64,000 bases of DNA from Dehalococcoidia bacterium (GTDB lineage: Bacteria; Chloroflexota; Dehalococcoidia; Bin125), in contig CAXXNO010000002.1 in NCBI GenBank assembly GCA_963663235.2, forward strand, positions 13,340-77,339, given 5' to 3'. The position numbers and the translations under genes were made by a program. The first letter of the stretch is position 1. Every line of letters begins with the position of its first letter. Shown in pieces: positions 11,432-21,038 of the stretch. The notes beneath the pieces were generated by a model. The model saw only the letters and a program-made list of their open reading frames with translations, was not told the origin of the DNA and ran no database searches.

Positions 11432-12700
11432 CTAGTCCCCTCCCCCAGCCGCCTCGGCCAGCTCCCGCGCGGCGCGCAAGCCGCCCACGCGGCCGCGGGC
11501 CATGATCGGGGCGTGGGGCAGGCGCGCCAGGGGGCCGCCGGCCGTCCGGGCGTAGAGCACCACGACCGCCAACGTGATCGCCGCGTTGATCACGGCCATC
11601 ACGGGTAACGCGACCGTGCGGTCCCAATCCGTCTCCAGCAGCACAGTCCGCTCCACCGCCGCCACGACGATGAAGAGCAGACCGGCGGGGACCAGGAACT
11701 TCCAGCAGAAGGACATCAGTTGGTCGATGCGCAGGCGGGGCAGCGTCCCTCGGAGCCAGATGAGGACGAAGTAGACCATCGAGGTCTTGGCCAGCAGGAT
11801 CAGCCAGCTCGGAACCCACTCCTCCAGGCCCCAGAGCCACCATCCGCCCAGGAAGAACGTCGCCATTAAGGCAGAGAGGGCGAACGCGTTGAGCAGCTCC
11901 ACGGCGTAGAACAGCCCGAAGCGCATGCCCGAGTATTCCGTGTGGTAGCCCGCCACGATCTCCGACTCCGCCTCCGCAATGTCCATGGGCGTGCGGTTCA
12001 GCTCCGCCGTGCCGCCGATGAAGAACGTGAGCGCCGCCAGCGGCAGCAACAGGAGCAGGATCAGGTCCTCTTGCTGCTGCCACTGCACGATGCCGTTCAG
12101 GCTCATGCTGCCGGTGAAGAAGACCACGGCGAGCAGCGACAGCACCACGGGCACCTCATAGCTAATGGTCATGGCGATCACGCGCATCGCGCCAAAGAGC
12201 GCGTACTTGTTGTTGGACGCCCAGCCGGCGATGAAGATCACCAGCACGTTAGTGCCCGAGATCGCCAGCAGGTAGAGCACACCGACGTTCAGGTCCGCCA
12301 CCTGCATGTTGGGGCCGAACGGCAACACGCCCCACACCAGGAGCGCGGGGATGAAGACCAGCACCGGCGGCAAGAAAAAGAGCCACTTGTCCGCCGCGCG
12401 CGGCACCAGCTCCTCCTTGAGGATCAGCTTGATGGCGTCCGCGACGGGCTGGAACAGACCGCGCGGCCCAACGCGGTTGGGCCCGTAGCGCACCTGGATG
12501 CGCGCGATCAGTTTGCGCTCCACCCAGATCAGCAGCAGGAGCGTGGGGCCGACAACGGCAAGAATCGCGAGGGAGCCGATCAGGCCCGACAGCGCCGAGG
12601 CCAGCCACTCCGGGCCCCAGCCCTGGACCCACTCGGTGATCTCGCGGCTGATGCCGCTGAGGTCTCGGAGGTCGTACCAAGCGGCGAGGAGAGCGGTCAT
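11432..12700 (-). CDS. nuoH: NADH-quinone oxidoreductase subunit H
   Basis: ERK..ARIQ.R.GPNRVGP, EAESEIVAGYHTEYSG, PRLRIDQL. Confidence 0.97.
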   Translation of the reverse strand: MTALLAAWYDLRDLSGISREITEWVQGWGPEWLASALSGLIGSLAILAVVGPTLLLLIWVERKLIARIQVRYGPNRVGPRGLFQPVADAIKLILKEELVPRAADKWLFFLPPVLVFIPALLVWGVLPFGPNMQVADLNVGVLYLLAISGTNVLVIFIAGWASNNKYALFGAMRVIAMTISYEVPVVLSLLAVVFFTGSMSLNGIVQWQQQEDLILLLLLPLAALTFFIGGTAELNRTPMDIAEAESEIVAGYHTEYSGMRFGLFYAVELLNAFALSALMATFFLGGWWLWGLEEWVPSWLILLAKTSMVYFVLIWLRGTLPRLRIDQLMSFCWKFLVPAGLLFIVVAAVERTVLLETDWDRTVALPVMAVINAAITLAVVVLYARTAGGPLARLPHAPIMARGRVGGLRAARELAEAAGGGD

Positions 12701-13821
12701 CGATCGATCTCACCGACCACGATGTCAATGGAGCCGAGGGTGACGATGGCGTCGGCCAGGGTCCCGCCCACGCTCATCTGCTTCAGCGCCGTGAGGTTGA
12801 TGAGGCTGGGGGCGCGGCAGTGGAAGCGCAGCGGCGTCGGGCCGCCGTCGCTGACGACATAGAAGCCCAGCTCGCCCCGCGGCGACTCCACCCGCGCGTA
12901 GGCTTCCGCCTCGGGCGGGCGCAAGTGCAAGGGCACGTCGGTGAGCCAGGGGCCGCCGGGAATGTTATCGACGACCTGCTTGAGGATGTGCACGCTCTGT
13001 CGCACCTCCTCCAAGCGCACGATGAAGCGGTCGTAGCAGTCGCCGTTGCGGCCGACGGGGACGTCGAAGTCGAGTTGGTCGTAGACGCAGTAGGGATCGG
13101 CCTTGCGCAGATCCCAGGGCACGCCGGAACCACGCAGCACCGGACCACTGAGGGAGGCGTTGATAGCGGCCTCGGCGCTGATCACACCCACGCCGCGGGA
13201 GCGGACCACCAGGATCTCGTTGTCGACCGTGAGGCTGGCGTATTCCGCAATGCGATCGGGCATCTCGTCCAGGAAGGCCCGCACAGCCGGCAAGAGCTCG
13301 GGCGGGGGGTCGAAGGCCACGCCGCCGATGCGCATGTAGTTGGTGGTGAGGCGTGCGCCGCAGGTCATCTCGAACATGTCGAGGACCTTTTCCCGCTCCC
13401 GGAACATGTACATCAACGGCGTTTGCCAGGCGCCGCAGTCGTTCACGAAGGTTCCGTTGGCCAGCGAGTGGCTGGCGATCCGCTGGAGCTCGGCGAACAG
13501 CACGCGGAACCATTGGGCCCGCGGCGGCACCTGGATGTCCGCCAGCTTCTCCACCGCCAGGCAGTAAGCGAGGTTGTTGGACATGGCCGCCAGGTAGTCG
13601 ATGCGGTCGGTGAAGGGGATGTTCTGCGTGAACGTGCGCTCCTCGGCCAGCTTCTCCATCGAGCGGTGGAGGTAGCCGATGATCATGTCGGCGTCCTGCA
13701 CCACCTCCCCGTCCAGCGTGACCTTGAGGCGGAAGACGCCGTGCGTGGAGGGGTGCTGCGGACCCAGGTTGACAACGACCGGCTCGGAGCGGGTGCTGGT
13801 GGGCGGCGATTCCGGGCACAT
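12697..13821 (-). CDS. nuoD: NADH-quinone oxidoreductase subunit D
   Basis: NLGPQHPSTHGVFRL, GYLHRSMEK, DIVVGEIDR end; no NiFe CxxC motifs. Confidence 0.97.
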   Translation of the reverse strand: MCPESPPTSTRSEPVVVNLGPQHPSTHGVFRLKVTLDGEVVQDADMIIGYLHRSMEKLAEERTFTQNIPFTDRIDYLAAMSNNLAYCLAVEKLADIQVPPRAQWFRVLFAELQRIASHSLANGTFVNDCGAWQTPLMYMFREREKVLDMFEMTCGARLTTNYMRIGGVAFDPPPELLPAVRAFLDEMPDRIAEYASLTVDNEILVVRSRGVGVISAEAAINASLSGPVLRGSGVPWDLRKADPYCVYDQLDFDVPVGRNGDCYDRFIVRLEEVRQSVHILKQVVDNIPGGPWLTDVPLHLRPPEAEAYARVESPRGELGFYVVSDGGPTPLRFHCRAPSLINLTALKQMSVGGTLADAIVTLGSIDIVVGEIDR

Positions 13822-13826
13822 TGCGG

Positions 13827-14369
13827 TTAACCCTCCGGGATCTGCGGCGTGCCGCCGGGGACCGGCCAGGCGTTGCGACCGCTTTCGTGCGGGAATCCCG
13901 GCAGGCCGGCGCGCAGGTCGCCGGGCATCCCCAAGAAGTCCTTGCGCAGCGGGAAGCCCGGGAAGCCATCCCAGAGGAACATCCGCCGCAGGTCCGGGTG
14001 GCCATCAAAGCGGATGCCCATCAGGTCATAGACCTCGCGCTCTTGCAGGTGTGCGCCGTGGAAGCAAGCGACAAGACTGGGCACGCGGGGGGCGTCGTGG
14101 TCATCGGCGAGCGTCTTGAGCGTGAGCATGTGGTTGCGGTCCAGCGACTGGAGATGATAGACGACCTCGAAGTGCGTCTCGCGATCGACGGCGGTCAGGT
14201 TGGAGAGGTAGCTGAGGTCGAGGTCGGCGTCGTCGGCCAAGTAGCGCACGGCCTCCGGCAGCCGCGCCGGCTCCACCACCAGCGCCGTCGAATCAGCGGC
14301 GCGGACAGCGCCGGGGACCGCCGCAGCCAGCCTCTCCGCCACGACCCGAGGGTCCAGCGCGGCCGTCAC
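13827..14369 (-). CDS. nuoC: NADH-quinone oxidoreductase subunit C
   Basis: EREVYDLMGIRFDGHPDLRR, FPLRKDF. Confidence 0.96.
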   Translation of the reverse strand: MTAALDPRVVAERLAAAVPGAVRAADSTALVVEPARLPEAVRYLADDADLDLSYLSNLTAVDRETHFEVVYHLQSLDRNHMLTLKTLADDHDAPRVPSLVACFHGAHLQEREVYDLMGIRFDGHPDLRRMFLWDGFPGFPLRKDFLGMPGDLRAGLPGFPHESGRNAWPVPGGTPQIPEG

Positions 14370-14370
14370 G

Positions 14371-14742
14371 CTAGCGCCACTCGAGGGCGCGCTTCTTCCA
14401 CTCGTACACGAGGCCGAGCGCCAGCACCCCGATGAAGATCAGCCCGGCCACCAGACCGAAGGTCGCCACGTCGTCCAGCGCCACCGCCAGCGGGAACAGG
14501 AAGATGACTTCCACGTCGAAGAGCACGAAGATCAGGGCGATGAGGTAGTAGCGAAAGTTGAACTGCACCCAGGTGGGGCCTTCCGTCTCCACCCCGCACT
14601 CGTAGGTGTCCGCCTTGACGACATTGGGAATCCGGGGCCGCACCTGCAATCGGTACATGGCCCAGGACGTGATGAGGGGGAGCGAAGGGAACGCGAGCGC
14701 GAACAGCAAGAGGATGGCAAGGTGGCTATATTGCTCCAGCAC
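14371..14742 (-). CDS. nuoA: NADH-quinone oxidoreductase subunit A
   Basis: YECG, YYLIALIFVLFDVE, YEWKKRALEW. Confidence 0.96.
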   Translation of the reverse strand: MLEQYSHLAILLLFALAFPSLPLITSWAMYRLQVRPRIPNVVKADTYECGVETEGPTWVQFNFRYYLIALIFVLFDVEVIFLFPLAVALDDVATFGLVAGLIFIGVLALGLVYEWKKRALEWR

Positions 14743-14784
14743 CTCGCGGCCCTTTCGCTGCTTGTGAGAAGCGGCGCGAGCCGG

Positions 14785-14793
14785 AGTATACCA
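14785..14793 (-). promoter_or_regulatory. Putative extended -10 promoter (TGG-TATACT) of the nuo operon
   Basis: TGnTATACT on the minus strand about 42 nt upstream of nuoA. Confidence 0.55.
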
Positions 14794-14796
14794 TCG

Positions 14797-14856
14797 GCGC
14801 AGGGGGCGGCACAGGGGGCGGCACAGAGGGCAGCGCAGGGGGCGGCACAGGGGCAG
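14797..14856. repeat. Imperfect 12-bp tandem repeat (GC[A/G]CAGGGGGCG x5)
   Basis: gcgcagggggcg gcacagggggcg gcacagagggca gcgcagggggcg gcacaggggcag in the nuoA/GNAT divergent intergenic region. Confidence 0.8.
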
Positions 14857-14966
14857 ACGTCGGGACCAGTCTCAGGCGCGGCCTCTGGGCCGGTCTCAAG
14901 ACCGCACACTCTGACAGGCCGACCCAGGAAGGCGTCCCGAGGACTCGCGATGATGGCCAACCGTTC

Positions 14967-16151
14967 ATGAGCCTTCAAGTCCGCCCGATCGGATTCGACA
15001 AGGAGCGGCGGAGGTTCATCGAGCTGCTGTGGAAGGTGTATCGCGACGACCCCATGTGGGTGCCGCCGCTGCGGCGGCAACTCGCCAGGCAGCTGGACGC
15101 CCGGCACAACGCCTTCCTCACCTACGGCACGGCGCAGCTGTTCCTCGCGGAGCGCGATGGGGAGGTGGTGGGACGCATCTCCGCGCACCTCAACCCGGTG
15201 CACGACGCCACCCACAACGAGCGCGGTGGCTTCTTCGGCTTCTTCGAATCGATCGACGATCCCGCGGTCGCGCAGGCGCTCTTGGAGAGCGCCGAAGACT
15301 GGCTGGCCCAGCACCAAGTCGACTGGGTGCGCGGCCCCATCTCCTTCACCATGAACCAGGAAGTGGGCATCCTGATCGAAGGTTGGGACACCCCGCCGAC
15401 GGTCGGGATGGCGCACTCGCGCGATTACTACCCCGCCCTCATGGAAGGCGCCGGATACCGCAAGGCCAAAGATCTATACGCCTGGTCGTATGCGCTGGGC
15501 ACGCTCAACAAGCGCCTCGCCGCCCTCTACGACCGCGTGGCGGCCCGGCCTAACGTTCACATTCGCGAGTTCGAGCGCAAGCACTTCCATCGCGACGTGC
15601 GCATCGCCGCGCAGATCTTCAACGAGGGCTGGGCCGACAACTGGGGCTTCGTCCCCATCAGCGAAGCCGAGGCCGACCAACTGGCCGACGACTTGAACCA
15701 GTTCGCCAGCCCCGGGACCACGTCGATGATCGAGATTGACGGTGAGCCGGCGGCCATGGTGGTGGGGGTTCCCGACCTCAACCACGTCATCCGCGATATC
15801 GACGGCCGCCTGTTCCCGCTCGGGGCGATCAAGCTCAAGTGGCGCCTCTGGCGTGGCTCTCCCCGTGGCCGCTGCATCCTCCTGGGCATGCGCGCGCAAT
15901 ACCACCGGAACTTCAGCGCCGGCGTCGCTGCCTTGCTATGGGGGCAGATCCACCACTCGGGCAAGCGCTGCGGCTACGAGTGGGCGGAGCTGGGCTGGGT
16001 GTTGGAAGACAATGATCTGGTCAACAAGAGCATTGAGAGCGTCGGCGCGCGGCTCTACAAGCGCTACCGCATCTACCAGAAGGACGCGGCCGGCGCGCAG
16101 CCCGCGCCCGGCGACGCCGGTTCGGTTGTGACAGCAGAGTCGCCCGCCTAG
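14967..16151 (+). CDS. GNAT-fold N-acetyltransferase (YghO-like)
   Basis: DPMWVPPL, VGRISA, GFFGFFES, NWGFVP, ELGWVLEDN, YKRYRIY typical of this family. Confidence 0.8.
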   Translation: MSLQVRPIGFDKERRRFIELLWKVYRDDPMWVPPLRRQLARQLDARHNAFLTYGTAQLFLAERDGEVVGRISAHLNPVHDATHNERGGFFGFFESIDDPAVAQALLESAEDWLAQHQVDWVRGPISFTMNQEVGILIEGWDTPPTVGMAHSRDYYPALMEGAGYRKAKDLYAWSYALGTLNKRLAALYDRVAARPNVHIREFERKHFHRDVRIAAQIFNEGWADNWGFVPISEAEADQLADDLNQFASPGTTSMIEIDGEPAAMVVGVPDLNHVIRDIDGRLFPLGAIKLKWRLWRGSPRGRCILLGMRAQYHRNFSAGVAALLWGQIHHSGKRCGYEWAELGWVLEDNDLVNKSIESVGARLYKRYRIYQKDAAGAQPAPGDAGSVVTAESPA

Positions 16152-16190
16152 ACTGAGCATCGCGTGGGTCGCAAGCCTGCGCCCAAAGCG

Positions 16191-16892
16191 ATGCTCATCG
16201 ATCTGCACAACCACACGTGGCCGCGCTCGCACGATTCGGTCCTGGACCCAAGGGACCTCGTGGAGCGGGCCCGCGCGGCGGGCCTGGACGGGATCTGCGT
16301 CACCGAGCACGACGCCATCTGGGACCCCGCGGATCTGCGGGAACTCTGCGAGGAGACGAACTTCCTGGTGCTCCCCGGGGTCGAGATCAGCACCGACGAC
16401 GGCCACATTCTCTCCTACGGAGTCGAGAAATACGTCTTCGGAATGCACCGCGTGCAGACGCTGGCGGATCACGTCAACGAGCGCGGCGGGACGCTGGTCG
16501 CGGCGCACCCCTACCGCCGGCTCATGCCCTGGCGCGACGAGGAAGAAGACTGGCGGCGCGCCCTGGAGCGGGCCGCCCGGAACCCCGCCTTCCGCATGTG
16601 CGTGGCGCTGGAGCATCTCAACGGACGGGCCATGGAGCGGCAGAACCGCTTCAGCGGCGAGCTCTGCGAGCTGATGGAGCTGCCCGGGACCGGCGGCACC
16701 GATTCCCATGCCGTGCACGACATCGGCAAGGTCGCGACGTACTTCGAGTCTGATCAGATCTCCGACTGGCGCGACCTGGTGCGCGAGCTCAAGGGGGGGC
16801 GTTTCCACGCCGTCGACCTCTCGACCGAGCAGGAGATCAGCACCTCACCCGTCCAGGACGCCGCGCCGGACGCGGCGGCGCAGCCGGGCTGA
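16191..16892 (+). CDS. PHP-domain metal-dependent phosphoesterase
   Basis: DLHNHT, TEHD, GVE, AHPYR, GGTDSH. Confidence 0.9.
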   Translation: MLIDLHNHTWPRSHDSVLDPRDLVERARAAGLDGICVTEHDAIWDPADLRELCEETNFLVLPGVEISTDDGHILSYGVEKYVFGMHRVQTLADHVNERGGTLVAAHPYRRLMPWRDEEEDWRRALERAARNPAFRMCVALEHLNGRAMERQNRFSGELCELMELPGTGGTDSHAVHDIGKVATYFESDQISDWRDLVRELKGGRFHAVDLSTEQEISTSPVQDAAPDAAAQPG

Positions 16893-16919
16893 TTCCGGGC
16901 CCGGCAGAAGGGAGCCGCG

Positions 16920-17450
16920 GTGCCCAGCGACGACCAAGCATTCCCCTCCGTGGTCACAGACGCCATGCGCGCCCGCATCGGCGTGGACGGCGTCCCGGCC
17001 GAGTTCGAGGTCACCACCAGCAGCGTGCGCGCCTTTGCCCGTGCGGTGGGCTATGAGGACCGCGTCTTCTACAACCGCGACGAGGCCCGTCGCCGCGGCC
17101 ATCGCGACCTACCCGCCCCGCCGGGCTATCTCGGGAGTATCGTGTTCGATCCCTCCTGGCCGGACACCATCTGGGGCCGGCCGGAGGGCTTCCTGCCGCG
17201 CATGGACACGCCCTACGCCCAGATCCTCAACGGCGGCAACGACGTGGAGTACTTCGACGAAGAGATCTGCGCCGGGGACCTGCTCACGGCCAGCGCGAAA
17301 ATCGAGGGCTTCAACGAGCGCTACTCCTCGGCGCTGGGCGGCCCGATGCTGATCCAAGTGACCTCCATCACCTACAAGAATCAGCACGGTACCGTGGTGG
17401 CGGTCATGCGCAACACGAGCCTCTCGTACGGCGAGAAGAAGGAGAGCTAG
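16920..17450 (+). CDS. MaoC/FAS1-like dehydratase N-terminal hotdog protein
   Basis: VRAFARAVG...APP, LNGG..EYF..I.AGD.L; paired with the next gene. Confidence 0.8.
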   Translation: MPSDDQAFPSVVTDAMRARIGVDGVPAEFEVTTSSVRAFARAVGYEDRVFYNRDEARRRGHRDLPAPPGYLGSIVFDPSWPDTIWGRPEGFLPRMDTPYAQILNGGNDVEYFDEEICAGDLLTASAKIEGFNERYSSALGGPMLIQVTSITYKNQHGTVVAVMRNTSLSYGEKKES

Positions 17451-17453
17451 GCC

Positions 17454-17891
17454 ATGGGCGAGCAGGTGTACTTCGAAGACGTGGAGGTGGATGCGTCGAT
17501 CCCCGACCTGGAGAAGCGGCCGAGCACGCTGCAACTGGCGCTCTGGGCGGCCGGCTCCGGGGACTTTTACCAGATCCACTACGACAAGGACTTCGCCATC
17601 GCCGCGGGCTTGGACGGCATCATCGTCCACGGTGCGCTCAAGCACGCCTTTCTGGGCGAGGTGGTGCACCGCTGGATCGCGCCGGGCGGGCGCATCAAGC
17701 GGCTGGCCTGCTCCTACCGAGGCATGGACCTCCCCGATCGGCGGCTCACGCAGCGAGGGCGGGTGGTGAAGAAGCACCAAGAGGGTGGGCACAACATCGT
17801 GGAGTTGGAGATCTGGAGCGAGAACGAGCAAGGGGAGCCCACCACACCGGGCACGGCGGTAGTCACGCTGCCTTCGCGTTCGTCAGGTTAG
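17454..17891 (+). CDS. MaoC-family (R)-hydratase
   Basis: YFEDV, SGDFYQIHYD, IVHG hydratase motif. Confidence 0.88.
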   Translation: MGEQVYFEDVEVDASIPDLEKRPSTLQLALWAAGSGDFYQIHYDKDFAIAAGLDGIIVHGALKHAFLGEVVHRWIAPGGRIKRLACSYRGMDLPDRRLTQRGRVVKKHQEGGHNIVELEIWSENEQGEPTTPGTAVVTLPSRSSG

Positions 17892-18466
17892 TTGTCGCCG
17901 CTGCGGGTGACGGCGCGGCGCGCGTAGTCCCGCTGCCAGCGCCACTCGCGGCGCACCTCCATCACGTGAAAGCGATGGCCGCCGCGGCGGGCGCGCCCGC
18001 AGTCGCGGAACCCGGCGCGCGCGAAGCTGCGCTGCGCGCGCAGATTCCAGTCCAGCGTGTGCAAATACAGACGCGTCAATGACGTCTCAGTGAAGATGTG
18101 GTCCACCAGCAAGCCCACCGCCTCGGCGCCGTAGCCGCGGCCCCAGTAGGCGGGCTCCCCGATGGTGATCCCCACCTCGGCCTCCCGCCGTCCGAAGTCG
18201 ATGTTGTAGTACATGGCGTTGCCGATGTGGCGGCCGTGGAGATCATCGATGGCCACAACGCGCCGGGCGACGGGGGGGCGCATCAATTCCGCCGTATACG
18301 TGACGAGGAACTCCGCGTAGGGCATGCGGATGGGGCTGGCGGCGTCGTAGCGGACCAGGCCGAGGTCGGAGCGCCAGGCGTAATCGTGCGGGGCATCGGC
18401 GAGTCGCTTCTGCCGCAGCACCACCTGCGACCCACGGGCGACCGTGCTGTCCTGCGCGGTGGTCAT
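17888..18466 (-). CDS. RimJ/RimL-type GNAT acetyltransferase
   Basis: EVGITIGEPAYWGRGYG, N.RAQRSFARAGF; ATG at 18466 overlaps the upstream stop. Confidence 0.88.
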   Translation of the reverse strand: MTTAQDSTVARGSQVVLRQKRLADAPHDYAWRSDLGLVRYDAASPIRMPYAEFLVTYTAELMRPPVARRVVAIDDLHGRHIGNAMYYNIDFGRREAEVGITIGEPAYWGRGYGAEAVGLLVDHIFTETSLTRLYLHTLDWNLRAQRSFARAGFRDCGRARRGGHRFHVMEVRREWRWQRDYARRAVTRSGDN

Positions 18467-18933
18467 CGCGCGGCTCCCGCGGCCTGTCCGTCGGCGCGCT
18501 CGATCAGCGCGGCCGCCTGGCGCAGGATGGAGGCCGTGTTCTCGTGCGTGGCGCGTTGGACCGCATCGGCTATCGGGAACCAGCGCACGCTCACGTGCTC
18601 GGCGTCGTGTTGCTCCAGGCTCCCGCCCGTCGGTCGCATGAGCCAGAAGTGTACGGACTTGTGAAAGCGCCGCGCTTCTTCGCTGCGGACGAACCAGTAC
18701 TCGATACTGCCCACTTTGTCTTCGAGCGCGACTTCCAGGCCCGTCTCCTCGGCGACCTCTCGCAGCGCCGTCTGCTCCAGGGCTTCCTCGGCGCCCGGCG
18801 TGCCCTTGGGCAGGCCCCACTGGCCTCCGGGGGTCTCCAGCAGCAGGACCTCCATCGTTCCGCGCCGTTGACGGTAGACCACCCCGCCGGCGGAGACGGC
18901 CTGCACGATACGTAATCGCGGTTGGTGTGTCAC
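18463..18933 (-). CDS. NUDIX hydrolase
   Basis: SAGGVV, LPKG...ALREVAEETGL Nudix box. Confidence 0.92.
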   Translation of the reverse strand: MTHQPRLRIVQAVSAGGVVYRQRRGTMEVLLLETPGGQWGLPKGTPGAEEALEQTALREVAEETGLEVALEDKVGSIEYWFVRSEEARRFHKSVHFWLMRPTGGSLEQHDAEHVSVRWFPIADAVQRATHENTASILRQAAALIERADGQAAGAAR

Positions 18934-18936
18934 GGC

Positions 18937-19896
18937 CTAGCGCCCACCCTTCCGCAACTCCAGCGGGTCCTCGCCGAGCGTCAGGCTTTGCAGCGCTGCC
19001 TGCGAGGCGGTTCGCAGCGCGGCGTCTGGGTGCGTCGCATACTCTTGCAGGGCCTCACGGGCCTCCGGGCCGCCGATCTCGCCGAGCGCGGCGATGACCG
19101 CCAGCACCACCTCAGGACTTTCGTCTTCCAGCAGATCGCGAAGCAGAGGCGCCGCGTCCTCGTCGCCGATCTCGCCCGCGGCGAACGCCGCCGCCACTCG
19201 CTCATCTTCATCCAGCGCGGTGAGCGCGGCCGCGATGGTCGGCAGCCAGTACACGTCGGCGCTGCGACCCATGGCCCGTAAGGCGCCGACACGGAGGTCG
19301 GGATCGTCGGCGGCGTAAATATCGTGGATGAGGTCGCGCACCCATTCGGCGCTGATCACGCCGAGGCTCTCCAGCGCCGCCGCTTGGACTACGGGCGCTT
19401 CCGTGCCGGCTTCGACCAGGGCACGGAGGGTGTTGGCGACCAAGTCGGCGTGGCGCGGCTGTAGCCGGCCGAACTCTCCCTGGAGGGCGAATGTCCCCAG
19501 CGCCGCGGCGGCCTCCACGCGCACCTGCTCGTCCGGATCGTCCGCGACCACGGCGGCCAGCCTGATCAGCGCCTGCGGATCTTCGTACTGGGCCAGGCCG
19601 CTGGCCGCCAGGGCCCGCACATCGGCGACGTCGTCTTCAAGGCAGTCCAGACAGATGGCGGAGTAATCCAGCGTGAGCCGCTCTTCCGCCAACTCGATCA
19701 GCCGCTCCAGAAAAGCAAAGCGGGCCGTCTGGTCCAGCGAGCGCATTGCATCCCGCACGCGCTGGCGCGCGCCTGCGTCCACGTCGCTGAGGGCAGTGAG
19801 GTCTTCGCTCGGAATCTCGCGCGTGCCCGCCGCGAGCGCGGCGAAGAGTCCCTCCAGGTCCACCTGTGAGGCCTGAGGCGCGTGTCCGGCGTTCAT
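18937..19896 (-). CDS. HEAT-repeat protein
   Basis: Repeated D..VR..AA.ALG.IG units. Confidence 0.85.
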   Translation of the reverse strand: MNAGHAPQASQVDLEGLFAALAAGTREIPSEDLTALSDVDAGARQRVRDAMRSLDQTARFAFLERLIELAEERLTLDYSAICLDCLEDDVADVRALAASGLAQYEDPQALIRLAAVVADDPDEQVRVEAAAALGTFALQGEFGRLQPRHADLVANTLRALVEAGTEAPVVQAAALESLGVISAEWVRDLIHDIYAADDPDLRVGALRAMGRSADVYWLPTIAAALTALDEDERVAAAFAAGEIGDEDAAPLLRDLLEDESPEVVLAVIAALGEIGGPEAREALQEYATHPDAALRTASQAALQSLTLGEDPLELRKGGR

Positions 19897-19946
19897 GGGC
19901 CTTTCCAAGGCGCAGCGGCGCGCCGCCCGGGCGCCGCGTTGCGATC

Positions 19947-21038
19947 TCAGTCTACGCGCCGCCCCCCATCCCCGGCCACTGCGGAACCGCCCTCGCCGGC
20001 CGTCCCGGGGTCCACGCGAGGGAGGCCGGCCAGCTCGTCCTGCGCCGCCCGGGTCATCAGCGCCCGAATCGCGTCCGTGGGCCGCTCCCCTTCGAAGAGC
20101 ACGCGGTGCGTGGCTTCTACGATGGGCATATCGACGCCAGCGCGACGGGCCAGCGCGCGGGCTGGGCGAGTAGTCTCCACTCCCTCCGCCACGTGCACCA
20201 TGTCGGCGAGGATCTCGTCGAGACGCCGCCCCTTGGCCAGTTCCTCGCCGACGTGGCGGTTGCGCGAGCGTCGGCTGACGCTGGTGACGATGAGGTCGCC
20301 CAGGCCGGCAAGGCCGGTGAAGGTGAGGGGCGCGGCGCCCTGGGACACGCCCAGCCGGGTCATCTCCGCCAGGCCGCGGGTCAGGAACGCCGCCCGGCCG
20401 TTCTCGCCCGTGTTCAGCCCATCACCGATCCCGACGCCGATGGTGATCACGTTCTTGAGCGCCCCCCCCAACTCCACGCCCACCACGTCGGAGCTGGTGT
20501 AGACGCGGAACATCTCGGTCATCAGCATCTCTCGCACCGTCTCGCTGACCCGCGGGTCGCTGCTGGCCACGACCGTGGCCACGGGAAGCCCCAGCGCGAC
20601 CTCCCGCGCGATGTTGGGGCCGGAGATCACGGCCACCGGCGGCTCCTCGCCGATCGCGCGGGCGCCCTCCGCCAGCACCTGCGACATCCGCAACTCGCTG
20701 CCTGCTTCCAGTCCCTTGCAGGCGCTGACCAGGGGCGGCAGCGGGCGGGAGAGGCCGGGCAGCACACGTTGGAGATTTTCACGCAAGCTCTGAGAAGGGA
20801 CGGCGAAGACGACTGCGTCCAGCGGCCCTATGCCGGTCCCGTCCGCTTGGAACACCAGTGAGTCCGGCAGCGCGATTCCCGGCAGCAGCCGGCGCTCCTC
20901 GCGCTCGGCGCTTAGGCGCTCGGCTTCCTCGGGCGTGCGGCAAGCGACGGTGACCCGGGCGCCCGCTCGGGCGAACTGCATGGCCAGCGTGCAGCCCCAC
21001 GATGTGGTCCCGACCACCAGGGCGTGCGGGGCGCTCAC
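19947..21038 (-). CDS. gpsA: NAD(P)H-dependent glycerol-3-phosphate dehydrogenase
   Basis: G..SWG, KGLE, SGPNIA, GVELGGALKNV, GLGDL, SRN. Confidence 0.95.
   Translation of the reverse strand: MSAPHALVVGTTSWGCTLAMQFARAGARVTVACRTPEEAERLSAEREERRLLPGIALPDSLVFQADGTGIGPLDAVVFAVPSQSLRENLQRVLPGLSRPLPPLVSACKGLEAGSELRMSQVLAEGARAIGEEPPVAVISGPNIAREVALGLPVATVVASSDPRVSETVREMLMTEMFRVYTSSDVVGVELGGALKNVITIGVGIGDGLNTGENGRAAFLTRGLAEMTRLGVSQGAAPLTFTGLAGLGDLIVTSVSRRSRNRHVGEELAKGRRLDEILADMVHVAEGVETTRPARALARRAGVDMPIVEATHRVLFEGERPTDAIRALMTRAAQDELAGLPRVDPGTAGEGGSAVAGDGGRRVD

Noticed and set aside
12697-13821. NuoD as a group 4 NiFe-hydrogenase large subunit
   Set aside because: Lacks the N- and C-terminal CxxC Ni-binding motifs and has the quinone-site H..HG motif of NuoD
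14722-14970. Short ORFs across the 12-bp repeat
   Set aside because: Low-complexity translations of an intergenic repeat with no SD or homology cues
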